Of a DNA stretch of 64,000 nucleotides, positions 1 through 9,147 are shown piece after piece. The notes beneath the pieces are model-generated. The model had not been told where the DNA came from and searched no databases. It saw nothing but the letters and a program-made list of their open reading frames with translations. The stretch comes from Myxococcales bacterium (GTDB taxonomy: Bacteria; Myxococcota_A; Bradymonadia; UBA7976; UBA1532), in assembly GCA_002731825.1 (NCBI GenBank), contig PCCS01000050.1, positions 46,833 through 110,832 on the forward strand, given 5' to 3'. How positions within the stretch are numbered: position 1 is the stretch's first letter; each line of letters starts with the position of its first letter. The position numbers and the translations under genes were made by a program.

Positions 1-1866
1 TGTCTCACCATAGCCGCGACCGAGCCCCAGATCAGACAGTTGATCCAAGACCGCAGCAAAAGCCCATCTTTGGCGCAAACGACCGGTCATCGATGGCCTG
101 ATACGACGCGTGATCTTGATGAGATAACTGACGGTAAAAAGGCCGAGCAGGATTAGAAACAGACCATATCTGATTTCTGTCCAAGGGATTCGAAAAGGCG
201 TTGCTTTAGCCTCCAAGGCTCGCCCGCCCGATTTGTCGTTTCGCGCAAGCTCACCGAGCAAGCTTTCCAAATCTTGCGAGACCAGTTGTGGTGGAGGTTG
301 GTCAGATTGCTCTGGGTAGATGTCAAAGGGGATCCAGCCCACGCCTTCGATGTGGATTTCCGGCCATGCATGTGCGCGATCACCCATGATTAAGATCGCT
401 GACCCGTTGCCCCTCATCCGGTTGTCGACCGCATAGCCGACTGCAACTCGTGACGCGACACCGACGGTTCTAAATAGGAGTGCTGCAGCATGAGCGAAAT
501 GAACACAGTAGCCTCGTAAGTTTCCAAACAAGAATGAGGCTGCAGGATCCGGTTGATTGTCGTGCCGCTCTTCTCGGGTGTAGAAGCCATTTTTCTCCAG
601 ATATCGTTTGACGGCCAGAGCTTTCACTAAGGTGTCGTTGCTGTATCTGGGGTCGACTTCTCTGACAATTTCGTTGGCCAGCGAGTCGTATCTGGGATCA
701 TCGGGTCCGGTCAGATAATGGTCTTTTTGCTGCTGGCTCCATTCGGCTGGTACTGAACGCCGCCCCAGATAGCGCATATCGTGCAGCTTTGCTGTGGGAG
801 CGAGTGAGACCACATCATAGGCAGCGACGAACTTGGCCGGTGATGGGTTGGGTCTTGGACTGATTTCGATGGACGCCGTCAAGCCCAAGGGTTGCGGATG
901 GTCTACCATCAAGAACATGGAGGTTGGAACTCGTTTATGAAACGACGGTTTTTGGGTCTCGCCGATGACACGGATGGGATCAGTGCCTGGAAACTGCGTG
1001 ATGACATCAGCTGCGAATTCACCAGACGGTGACGACACCAGGCGCTTTCCATTGAAGTGGCCTTGGACTTGTTGTCGGAAATACAGCAGGTCGGCCTCTG
1101 GTTCATAATCAGAATGCAAGAGGGCAACGGCAACTGGGTATGGTTTGTCTTGGTTACTTTGGCCCTGACCCGAGACCGTTTGTTCTTTCAAAAAGTCTTC
1201 GATGGGCGGTTCGAGTTTCATCGTAGACTGTTGTTGGTATGCAACCAGGCCGAGCACCAAAAGCAAGCCCATGCTGATGACCAATTTTTGGCGGGATTGT
1301 TTCCAAAGCATCATCACGATGGCCACGAGGGCTGCAATGACGCCGACGCCCTGCAAAAGGACTTGGGGATCGAGACCGTTTACCAGTGCCCAATCCGCTA
1401 GGAATCGGGGTCTGTGATAGGCAAGGTGCTGGTGCCGGGAGAAGAGCAGAACCACCGATGCAATGACGATAAAGGTCTCCACGATAGACCAGATTCGCCG
1501 GCGTGTTGACATGAACCGCACTGAAAATGAGAGACCGAACGCGGCCAAGCTAAATCCCATGATGTCTGATAAGACGAGGAGTTTTTCTGCCTTTAGGCCC
1601 AGTGGATTAAATGCCGACTCTCTAAACCAATCTGCGCCAAACCAACTCAAAGTCAGGGTGCTCATACCCAGTGCGAGTGCCACGGATGTTTTTAAATGAC
1701 GCTTCGACATGGACCGGCCCAATTGGCTGCCGAGAATCGCAAAGGCGACAGCAAAGAGCGTGGCGGTAAAGTTGGTTTGCGACCACAGCGTGACCAGAGT
1801 GGCTACGGCAAAAAGGCCGCTCTTTAGCCATCCGACGGCTCTTGATTCGAATCGAACGGAACTCAT
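1..1866 (-). CDS. Transglutaminase-like (TgpA-type) integral membrane protein; partial, C-terminus beyond left edge
   Basis: Absent from the ORF track because there is no stop inside the window. My translation of the minus strand gives ...FLFGNLRGYCVHFAHAAALLFRTVGVASRVAVGYAVDN... (nt ~430-540) and ...GDRAHAWPEIHIEGVGWIPFDIYPE... (nt ~300-390). These carry the Cys/His/Asp transglutaminase core. ATG at 1866-1864 overlaps the TGA of the upstream DUF58 gene (ATGA). The N-terminal part is multi-TM. Confidence 0.8.
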   Translation of the reverse strand, partial: MSSVRFESRAVGWLKSGLFAVATLVTLWSQTNFTATLFAVAFAILGSQLGRSMSKRHLKTSVALALGMSTLTLSWFGADWFRESAFNPLGLKAEKLLVLSDIMGFSLAAFGLSFSVRFMSTRRRIWSIVETFIVIASVVLLFSRHQHLAYHRPRFLADWALVNGLDPQVLLQGVGVIAALVAIVMMLWKQSRQKLVISMGLLLVLGLVAYQQQSTMKLEPPIEDFLKEQTVSGQGQSNQDKPYPVAVALLHSDYEPEADLLYFRQQVQGHFNGKRLVSSPSGEFAADVITQFPGTDPIRVIGETQKPSFHKRVPTSMFLMVDHPQPLGLTASIEISPRPNPSPAKFVAAYDVVSLAPTAKLHDMRYLGRRSVPAEWSQQQKDHYLTGPDDPRYDSLANEIVREVDPRYSNDTLVKALAVKRYLEKNGFYTREERHDNQPDPAASFLFGNLRGYCVHFAHAAALLFRTVGVASRVAVGYAVDNRMRGNGSAILIMGDRAHAWPEIHIEGVGWIPFDIYPEQSDQPPPQLVSQDLESLLGELARNDKSGGRALEAKATPFRIPWTEIRYGLFLILLGLFTVSYLIKITRRIRPSMTGRLRQRWAFAAVLDQLSDLGLGRGYGET

Positions 1867-3200
1867 ATTGACCTCAGGGCAGTCAGATCGGTCCCGGTCA
1901 TGATGCGTTGCTCGCTTTTGTGGATGATCTGCACACGAGAGCCCGTGTTGGCCACATGATCATAGAGAGACGGCAGTCGACGAAGCCGCTCTGTGGCCAC
2001 CACGTCATCAAATAAGCGTGTTCGTTTCGATGACTGCGCCTGCACGGCCGGGCCGTCGACGGCGATGAGGACCAATGGCGGTCTTGGTAATTGGACAATG
2101 GCTGCTGTCACATGGTCTCGCCACGCACCATCTTGGGAGGGCAGGAAGAGCACGCAGTGATTTCGTCTTGCCGGATCGATGGTTGCTAGAAATTGGGCCA
2201 GGTCACGGCCATCTCGGTGGCGGTGGTGTGCCGATTCGACGATGGCATCGAGTGCCTTTGCACGCTGCCTAATGGGACCGACTGTACCCGTGGCACCAAA
2301 GATGAGGTCTTCGCCTAAAAGGCCTTGCTCAAGCACTGTTCTGGCCAGCGATGCTGTCTCTTCGTCGTTGGGCCCACTGACAAAGAATGCGGCGGCATTG
2401 GGCCTTGGAGCGATGGCTCTTTCCGGTGTTCTGACCAAGAGCTTCCGAGACCGAGCAAAGGCTTTCCACAAGATAAAACGTTGTGGGTCGCCCGGTGCGT
2501 AGCGCCTCATCTCGATATAATCGCCAACCGGCTCACCCAGAGGGTGACTCGACCCATCACCCTCGGCTTGTCGCAATTCTGGTACCAGAGACAAAATGGC
2601 TTTGGACGGGGAGATGACAATGGATGCGACCTGTCGATGTTTTAAGGTCATCGCCGAAAAGCCAAAGATGTCTTTCACGGTGATCCGACGAACGATTTGG
2701 GTCATCCGACCACGTCCGACCGTTTGGGCATGTTCTTGCCAATATCGACCATCTTTCACCAATCTCGGTTGCGCCTGGCTTAAATCGGACCATGAGACAT
2801 CGATTTGGATGAGGGGCCAATAGGGTAGGCGCCGGGCCCGAAACCCTGTTTTGTGGCTCTGGTTTGTCTCCCATTGACCCGCAAGCGCCTGTGTCTCGAA
2901 TCGAACTGACTGCCGGATGAATAGGGTCCCGATGACAGTCGTTAAAATGCAGACACACATGACTGTGACGATCGCGATGATAGACGAACGAACCACAAAA
3001 TCATGGCTTCCATCAACCCAGACAAGCCAACCACATACACTGAATGCAGTTAAAATAAGCCCGATTCCCGTCAGCGGGAAAAGATCTGCTAAGGGTCGCC
3101 AATATTGCTTTAAACGGCTTGTCACACGCTCTTCTCGGTTCTGTACCCAAACGCTTTTCGAACGGCTCTTGCCCCAAGGCCTGTCCAGCGTCACCACCAC
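1863..3200 (-). CDS. DUF58 domain-containing protein (MoxR/Bat-associated family)
   Basis: 445-aa ORF with two N-terminal TM helices. It then shows the DUF58-type region ...PLGEPVGDYIEMRRYAPGDPQRFILWKAFARSRKLLVR.... Start lies in a GTGGTGGTG run, so it is uncertain. Stop is translationally coupled to the transglutaminase gene. Confidence 0.75.
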   Translation of the reverse strand: MVVTLDRPWGKSRSKSVWVQNREERVTSRLKQYWRPLADLFPLTGIGLILTAFSVCGWLVWVDGSHDFVVRSSIIAIVTVMCVCILTTVIGTLFIRQSVRFETQALAGQWETNQSHKTGFRARRLPYWPLIQIDVSWSDLSQAQPRLVKDGRYWQEHAQTVGRGRMTQIVRRITVKDIFGFSAMTLKHRQVASIVISPSKAILSLVPELRQAEGDGSSHPLGEPVGDYIEMRRYAPGDPQRFILWKAFARSRKLLVRTPERAIAPRPNAAAFFVSGPNDEETASLARTVLEQGLLGEDLIFGATGTVGPIRQRAKALDAIVESAHHRHRDGRDLAQFLATIDPARRNHCVLFLPSQDGAWRDHVTAAIVQLPRPPLVLIAVDGPAVQAQSSKRTRLFDDVVATERLRRLPSLYDHVANTGSRVQIIHKSEQRIMTGTDLTALRSI

Positions 3201-3296
3201 CTATAACCTTGATGCTCCCCGAAGACTTCCGGAGGCGCAATATTTTAAATTAATCGCGAATCGACGATGACCAATGGGTGGACAACAAACCAAAGT

Positions 3297-6200
3297 TCAG
3301 TGTTCGTATTTAAGGCCCACGCTAAAGCTTCGTCCGACAATCCCTCGCGCTTGAATCAGGTCGCCAGCACGCCGCTCCATGGCTTGATTGATTAAATTCT
3401 TGGCTTTGAATTTCAGGGCTAAGCCACCACCGAGACGCATACCGAATACGAAGTCGAGCAGGTTCTGGGGCTGTTCGTAGACATCGGGAAGACTGCTTGT
3501 ACCGACTTCGACAATGCGCCGTCCGGAGACATTATAGAGGAGGTTCCATTGCCAGAGACTGCGCGGGGCCTCATAGCCCAGTTGGAGATTAATCACATAA
3601 GCAGACTGCCCTTCTAGGGGTCTCTTGCTCGATGTCTCACACCCATCGCTCTGTCCCAGATCGACATTTGAGTCGATGACAGCCACATTGCCCGAGAAAA
3701 AAGTCCTGTCCAGTCCGATAAAATCAAAGGCTTTACGCCACGCGAGTTCTGCGCCGAGGTTGGTGGCCGACGGCGAATTTCGGAACGTCAGGGTTTTGTC
3801 TGCACCGCAGCTGATTTTAGTCTCAATGGGGTCGGTGAAATACTTAAAGAAACCGGCGAGAGAAATGCTGTCTCGCGCGTTGAAATAATATTCCCAACGC
3901 AGGTCATAATGGTCGATCAAGGCCCGTTTTAAATCAGGATTACCGACCACAGATTGGCGATTGGTTACATCATCGAATCGTGCCGGCGAGAGCTCGCGAA
4001 ATTCTGGACGACTGACCGTCCGGCCATATCCAGCGCGCAGTTGCATTGCGTCCGTCATCACCCAGGTGGTGCTGGTCGACGGCAAGAGGTCTAGGTTTTT
4101 CAGGTTTGCGCTGACAGGCTCATCGCCTGTGAACGGCGAAAAGGTCGATACATTTTGTTCGGCACTTTCCAGCCGCATGCCGCCCATCAGTCGTAAGCGA
4201 TTCAACAAGCCGACTTCAGAGGCTAAATAACCTGCGTAGACTTTTTGGTTCGCCTTATAGTCATCGGTGGTCTGTGTGGTATTGAGGAGTCGATACTGAC
4301 CTTGCTCATTGCCGATCCTGTCTCTAGCAAAAAGAACATCAAGGCTTTCAACTTGACCCGCAGGCCCTTGGAATTTGTATCTGCGAGTCTCGACAATTCG
4401 CTCTCGATTCAGTGTAGCGCCACCGACCTCGACATAGGATTTGGCGCGACCTGCTTTGGCCTCGCTCAGCAGATAACGTGCCGATGCCCTGACCTCGTGA
4501 GCCGTATCGTCGAGATCGCTGAAAAAACGACGATTGCCTTCGGGCTTTGCAGACAGACCGAATGGGTTATCTGTGCCGATGCTGCGGTCGTACTGGGAAA
4601 TACGTCGATTGGGCTCCAAACGGTCGGCTAGAGACAGTCCGTAGTTCCATTTTAATTCCATATTAGGCAGGTCATGTTCGCCTCGAACTTGTTGAGTAAA
4701 AAGCTCTCGTTCTACCCACCGTAGCCGTCGGACGATGACATCTGAGCGTTCGTCGGCGTTTGTGCCAACGAATTGGCTGGCCTCGTCATCTGTGTTCCTC
4801 AGCAGAAGACTTGTGGTCGCGATTTTGTGGTCCCGGCCAATATCGAGACCCAGTTCAAGGATGCCGCTCGCTTGGATTGTCCGAGTGAGGCTATCGATTC
4901 GACCGCCATCGCTGACCTCCAATTGTCCAGCGCTGATTCTAAATGTGTTTCGGGTCATTTGCTGTCGGTTCCAGCCCTGGTCGTATTGGATACTTGCGAC
5001 ACCACCGACTTTGATGCGGCCTTGGTCGTTGAGATACCCACCGGAAACCGACCCACCAAAGTCCAAAGGCACCTGGGTACGATGGCTGTTGTAGGTATCA
5101 GGAAACGCACGACCTAACTCGGCTAACTCATCTGGCGAAAGGCAGTTCTCTCTGGTGGCGATACTGCATAGCTTGAGCGCTGTTCGGTCGGTTTCAGCTG
5201 CGACATTGGCTGGGAGCGCTCGAGCACCCGAATCGATGCCAAAGTAATCATAGTCGCCGCCTTCATAGGTCAATCCATCAGTAAACGTGCTTCCTGTGCG
5301 ACCCCCCATTGAGATGGACGCCTCTAAGAATGATGACTCTGGGAGGCGTTTCGTCCTCAGTTGGACAACCCCACCTCCAAACTCACCTGTTTGGTCCGAA
5401 GAATAGGTTTTTTGGACGACGACGCTGCTCAGGATCCCCGTTGGAAACATGTCTAGGGGGACAACGCGCCGCTCCGGCTCCGGACTTGGCAAGAACATGC
5501 CGTTCAAGGTCGTACTCGAATAGCGTTCTCCCATTCCTCTGACGTAGATGTACTTGCCGCCCACAATGGTCAGACCGGTCACCCGCTTGAGTGCACTGGC
5601 CGCACTGCTGTCTCCCGTTTGTGCCATTTGCTCTGCACCGATGACATCCACCACATTACTGGTCTCGCGTCGCTCTGAGACCAATGCGGCGACGCCCCCT
5701 TCGATATAGGGGGCCGTGACGACAAATTCTTCCAACTCGGGGTTGGCGATTTCCATGACGATGTCATCGAGTTTTTGGGACTGGTCTTTCAAAACGTCTA
5801 ATTCATCAGCCCGGGCGTTACGATATCCAGACCGAATAAAGGACAGTGCAGTCTTTCCCACGCCGACGCGCAGTTTATATTCGCCCTGACGATTGGTTGT
5901 TGCAGTCGCACTCTGGCCCAGTACGAAGACCTGAACACCACGCAGGGGCTTGCCTGATTTTGTCACACAGCGACCCTCGATGGTGCCGAATGCGCTGATG
6001 GTCTCTTTGGCCTTGGTTTGTTGTACGACCTTCCTCTGTTCGATGCTGACGAGCGCGTCTAGGTCGATATGTAATGTGACGATGACTTCTGTGACCTCGC
6101 CTTCCATTGTCACCACATCTGAAATCGATGTCGAACGAGCTTGCGTGTATAACCTTAGGCTTAAATTTCCTGGTTTTTGCTCAAGAAAAATTCGGCCATC

Positions 6201-6359
6201 TTGGTTTGTTTGTCCCTTTTTTTGACCATCGATCTCTAGGGTCACACCGGGCAAGGGTGCATGGCCGCCGTCTCCATCGAAAACGTAGATTCGCAGGCCT
6301 GCAGCGTGTCCTAGATTACTGAGAAGTAAAGCAGCAGTAATGAACCAAACTAATCGCAT
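3297..6359 (-). CDS. TonB-dependent transporter, Oar-like (two N-terminal carboxypeptidase-regulatory-like domains + plug + barrel)
   Basis: Signal peptide MRLVWFITAALLLSNLGHAAG (I prefer the ATG at 6359; the track start is 6380). Two CarboxypepD_reg-like modules (GLRIYVFDGDGG..PLPGVTLEIDG..TNQDGRIFL and GTIEGRCVTKSGKPLRGVQVFVLG..TNRQGEYKL). Plug region NVVDVIGAEQMAQTGDSSAASALKRVTGLTIVGGKYIYVRGMGERYSSTTLNG. Long beta-barrel portion. Confidence 0.85.
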   Translation of the reverse strand: MRLVWFITAALLLSNLGHAAGLRIYVFDGDGGHAPLPGVTLEIDGQKKGQTNQDGRIFLEQKPGNLSLRLYTQARSTSISDVVTMEGEVTEVIVTLHIDLDALVSIEQRKVVQQTKAKETISAFGTIEGRCVTKSGKPLRGVQVFVLGQSATATTNRQGEYKLRVGVGKTALSFIRSGYRNARADELDVLKDQSQKLDDIVMEIANPELEEFVVTAPYIEGGVAALVSERRETSNVVDVIGAEQMAQTGDSSAASALKRVTGLTIVGGKYIYVRGMGERYSSTTLNGMFLPSPEPERRVVPLDMFPTGILSSVVVQKTYSSDQTGEFGGGVVQLRTKRLPESSFLEASISMGGRTGSTFTDGLTYEGGDYDYFGIDSGARALPANVAAETDRTALKLCSIATRENCLSPDELAELGRAFPDTYNSHRTQVPLDFGGSVSGGYLNDQGRIKVGGVASIQYDQGWNRQQMTRNTFRISAGQLEVSDGGRIDSLTRTIQASGILELGLDIGRDHKIATTSLLLRNTDDEASQFVGTNADERSDVIVRRLRWVERELFTQQVRGEHDLPNMELKWNYGLSLADRLEPNRRISQYDRSIGTDNPFGLSAKPEGNRRFFSDLDDTAHEVRASARYLLSEAKAGRAKSYVEVGGATLNRERIVETRRYKFQGPAGQVESLDVLFARDRIGNEQGQYRLLNTTQTTDDYKANQKVYAGYLASEVGLLNRLRLMGGMRLESAEQNVSTFSPFTGDEPVSANLKNLDLLPSTSTTWVMTDAMQLRAGYGRTVSRPEFRELSPARFDDVTNRQSVVGNPDLKRALIDHYDLRWEYYFNARDSISLAGFFKYFTDPIETKISCGADKTLTFRNSPSATNLGAELAWRKAFDFIGLDRTFFSGNVAVIDSNVDLGQSDGCETSSKRPLEGQSAYVINLQLGYEAPRSLWQWNLLYNVSGRRIVEVGTSSLPDVYEQPQNLLDFVFGMRLGGGLALKFKAKNLINQAMERRAGDLIQARGIVGRSFSVGLKYEH

Positions 6360-7489
6360 AGTGTCTTGTCTCGACGGCAATCGGCCATGGCCTTGCGAAG
6401 CTTTGCCGCGCGATTGAAGAGACTCGGGTTGGTCAAGCGCTTGAGGTGACGTTCCGTCTTTTTAAAATCCCGCGTCCTGAAATAGGCGTAGGCCAGCGCA
6501 TAGCGCAGCTCCTCGTCTTGCCCCAAAATCTCCAGGCGAGATAGACGAGGCGCGAGCGCTGTGACCGCTTCGAAGCGTTCTAAATCAAGGAGGATTGCGA
6601 GCCTTTGTTTCAACTTTGTTTTCTGTTCCAGGATGCGACCATTGGCCGCCAATGCTTTGTGATCTGACCCAAGCTCTCGATAAATCTCGGCTGCATCCCG
6701 CGCGTATTTCTCTTCTTTCTCAGACGCATTTAGAAACTGTCTCGCTGCGGTCACCGGATAACCAGCAGACAGCCATGCATGGGCTGCTTGAGCTTTGATT
6801 CGATTGTCATCTGGATAGGTGAGCCTCGCTTTTTCAAGGACTCGGATCGCTGATTTGGATTCTTTGGCTTTGAGCAGTGCCTCCGCTAGAAACAAGACAT
6901 CATCCGCTGTTGAATCTGCTGATTTGACAAAATTCAATCCAACATCAGCTGCCGATTGATAAAGGCCAAGTTCGATTAAGCGTTGGATATTTTTACGACC
7001 AAAATCTCGCTGTTCGGGAAACAGAGTCTGCGCGCGTGTCAGGACATGTAGAGCGCGGTCGTAGTCTTTCAGCGTCCATGCGCATTCACTCCGGATAATC
7101 AGGAAATCAGCGTCAGTCCATGCTTTATCACCAGCCGCATCCAAAGCCTCTTCGACTGTCTCACATTGGTTTAGCGCATAGGCGCATCGGGCGCGTGACA
7201 AGTGAATATCGTCACTTGCCTTGCCTAACTCGATAATCTTATCGAAGTCTTTCAGTGCCATTTCAAAACGCTTAAGCCGCATATTTAAAACAGCTGACAC
7301 GGTGTAGTAGCGGACCTGATCTAAAGTCTCATCGGTTAGATCGACCTGTTCCAGTGCAGCTGCGGCTCGTTTGAGATACCCGTCTTGGAGCATCACCGTC
7401 GCCAATGCCATATGATCGACCTCAGCCTGGTCATTGGCATAGGCGGGCAGACAGCAGAGAAGGCTGCATAGGAGCAGGACAAGACGCAT
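6350..7489 (-). CDS. TPR repeat-containing exported protein (position equivalent to ttpD of TonB2 clusters)
   Basis: Signal peptide MRLVLLLCSLLCCLPAYA. The rest is helical and TPR-like (repeated A..Y/A..L hairpins). Packed between tonB (3-nt gap) and the TBDT (overlap). Confidence 0.7.
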   Translation of the reverse strand: MRLVLLLCSLLCCLPAYANDQAEVDHMALATVMLQDGYLKRAAAALEQVDLTDETLDQVRYYTVSAVLNMRLKRFEMALKDFDKIIELGKASDDIHLSRARCAYALNQCETVEEALDAAGDKAWTDADFLIIRSECAWTLKDYDRALHVLTRAQTLFPEQRDFGRKNIQRLIELGLYQSAADVGLNFVKSADSTADDVLFLAEALLKAKESKSAIRVLEKARLTYPDDNRIKAQAAHAWLSAGYPVTAARQFLNASEKEEKYARDAAEIYRELGSDHKALAANGRILEQKTKLKQRLAILLDLERFEAVTALAPRLSRLEILGQDEELRYALAYAYFRTRDFKKTERHLKRLTNPSLFNRAAKLRKAMADCRRDKTLCD

Positions 7490-7491
7490 CG

Positions 7492-8139
7492 TTAGGCTCC
7501 GCGGCTCAATTTAAAGCGAATGGTTTGCTCGACCATGACGGTCTGAGCTTTACCTTTGTACATCCCGGGTCGGAACGTCCAACGCTCGATGGCTTGCCGC
7601 GCAGCATCCTCAAATATACCAGCTGGCTTTGAACGGATCACTTTAGCACTCTGAATCTCGCCATGTGAGCCGATGATCAGAGAGAATGAAACGAACCCAG
7701 TCACACCGTCTTTTCTTGCCTGCATTGGATACTTTGGGCTCACCTTTCGGGTGGCCTTAGGTGCCTCATCGACGGTCGCACTGGTCATCAATAGGTTTTT
7801 GCCACCTGTCTTTTGTAGAAGCGTATCTCCGCTGTCATCGCTGGTTCGACCAAATCGAGTCTCATTGCCCAAATCAACGCCCGACAAAGCACTTGAGAGT
7901 TTAGGTTGTGGGGCCAAACGCCTTGCTGTACGCGGCTTAGCCCGTCGAGGCTTTGGTCTAGCCGCCTTCTTTTTCGGCTTTGGCTTTATTTTTTTAATCT
8001 CGACATTGGCGGTCACCCGTCTCTCTTCTTTCTTGGGTGGTTGCGTGTATCGATTCATCACGATCATTAAGGTGAGGACCAGTCCAACACCGAAGACCAT
8101 GATGACCAAAGAGCCAAGAATTTGCGTGATCCGATTCAT
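7492..8139 (-). CDS. tonB: Energy transducer TonB
   Basis: N-terminal TM anchor, Lys/Pro-rich spacer (KKIKPKPKKKAARPKPRRAKPR) and TonB C-terminal domain (PKYPMQARKDGVTGFVSFSLIIGSHGEIQSAKVIRSKP..IFEDAARQAIERWTFRPG). Start overlaps the exbD stop (TGATG). Confidence 0.85.
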   Translation of the reverse strand: MNRITQILGSLVIMVFGVGLVLTLMIVMNRYTQPPKKEERRVTANVEIKKIKPKPKKKAARPKPRRAKPRTARRLAPQPKLSSALSGVDLGNETRFGRTSDDSGDTLLQKTGGKNLLMTSATVDEAPKATRKVSPKYPMQARKDGVTGFVSFSLIIGSHGEIQSAKVIRSKPAGIFEDAARQAIERWTFRPGMYKGKAQTVMVEQTIRFKLSRGA

Positions 8140-8546
8140 CAGGTCGCCTCACGTTCTGTGGCGACAGCGACGTCTTTGGCTCCAGCCAGTCTGCATTGGT
8201 CGATGACGGTCAGCAGCTGCTGTGCTTTGACGCCTGCATCGGTAATCACCAGAACGGGTCGATCTTTGGCACCCCGGAGCAACTCTCTGACGGTGCCTTG
8301 CAAGAGCCAAGGGCGTACTGCTCGACCTGAAACATAGGTGTCTCCTCGTCGGTCGATGGTCACCCGAATCGCCTTTGTCGATGCAGGTTTTGCGCTGGAC
8401 GCAGAGGGTCGGTCCAGCTCCACTTGAGCATCCTTGACGAAGGTGGTGGTGACCATAAAGAAAATGAGAAGGATGAAGACCATATCGATGAGTGGCGATA
8501 TGTCAACGCCGGCTTCCTCAGCTTGTCTTCGTCGTCGATTCATCAT
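8139..8546 (-). CDS. exbD: Biopolymer transporter ExbD/TolR
   Basis: 135 aa. ISPLIDMVFILLIFFMVTTTF TM segment followed by a periplasmic domain. Canonical ExbD layout and position after exbB. Confidence 0.9.
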   Translation of the reverse strand: MMNRRRRQAEEAGVDISPLIDMVFILLIFFMVTTTFVKDAQVELDRPSASSAKPASTKAIRVTIDRRGDTYVSGRAVRPWLLQGTVRELLRGAKDRPVLVITDAGVKAQQLLTVIDQCRLAGAKDVAVATEREAT

Positions 8547-8547
8547 G

Positions 8548-9144
8548 TCAATGTCCTCCTCTATTAAGACATGCCACAGACACCAGTTGGTCTAGGTCGT
8601 TTTCAAGTTGAAATTGCTTCCGGTCCAACAAGCGACCGACAATGACGCCTGGAATGGCCACAACCAAGCCCATCTGCGTTGTCAAAAGGGCTTGTGAAAT
8701 GCCGCCCGCAACACCACCCGACGCGGCGAATAGGGCTTGGTTACCCAGGGAGTCGAAGGTCTCGATCATCCCCGAAACGGTCCCTAAGAGACCAGCTAAT
8801 GGGGCGATGATGACAATGCTTTTGACCAGCACTCGATTGCGGTTAAGAGATCGTTTGAGCGGATACAGGGCCTCGTAGAAGGCAGCCGATTGATCCCCTT
8901 CATCTAAGGTCTTGTCCTCGACCTTTTTCACTGATGCCCAAGCTTGGCCCAGTACACCCCTTTTGGGAACGGCACCCTGGCTGATGCTGAGTCCGAAGTC
9001 GCCTCGGAACCCACGGCGCAGGAAGAGCGCTCGATCGCCTAAGCCGTACCAAAGAACAAAGGTACATATGATGAGGGGCGGCATAACGAAGCCGCCTTCA
9101 GCCATATACGCGCTCAGTTCGATTAAGAGTAAGTCCACCGACAT
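8548..9144 (-). CDS. exbB: MotA/TolQ/ExbB proton channel protein
   Basis: 198 aa. Conserved channel region IAPLAGLLGTVSGMIETFDSLG...GGISQALLTTQMGLVVAIPGVIVGRLL. Confidence 0.9.
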   Translation of the reverse strand: MSVDLLLIELSAYMAEGGFVMPPLIICTFVLWYGLGDRALFLRRGFRGDFGLSISQGAVPKRGVLGQAWASVKKVEDKTLDEGDQSAAFYEALYPLKRSLNRNRVLVKSIVIIAPLAGLLGTVSGMIETFDSLGNQALFAASGGVAGGISQALLTTQMGLVVAIPGVIVGRLLDRKQFQLENDLDQLVSVACLNRGGH

Positions 9145-9147
9145 GAC

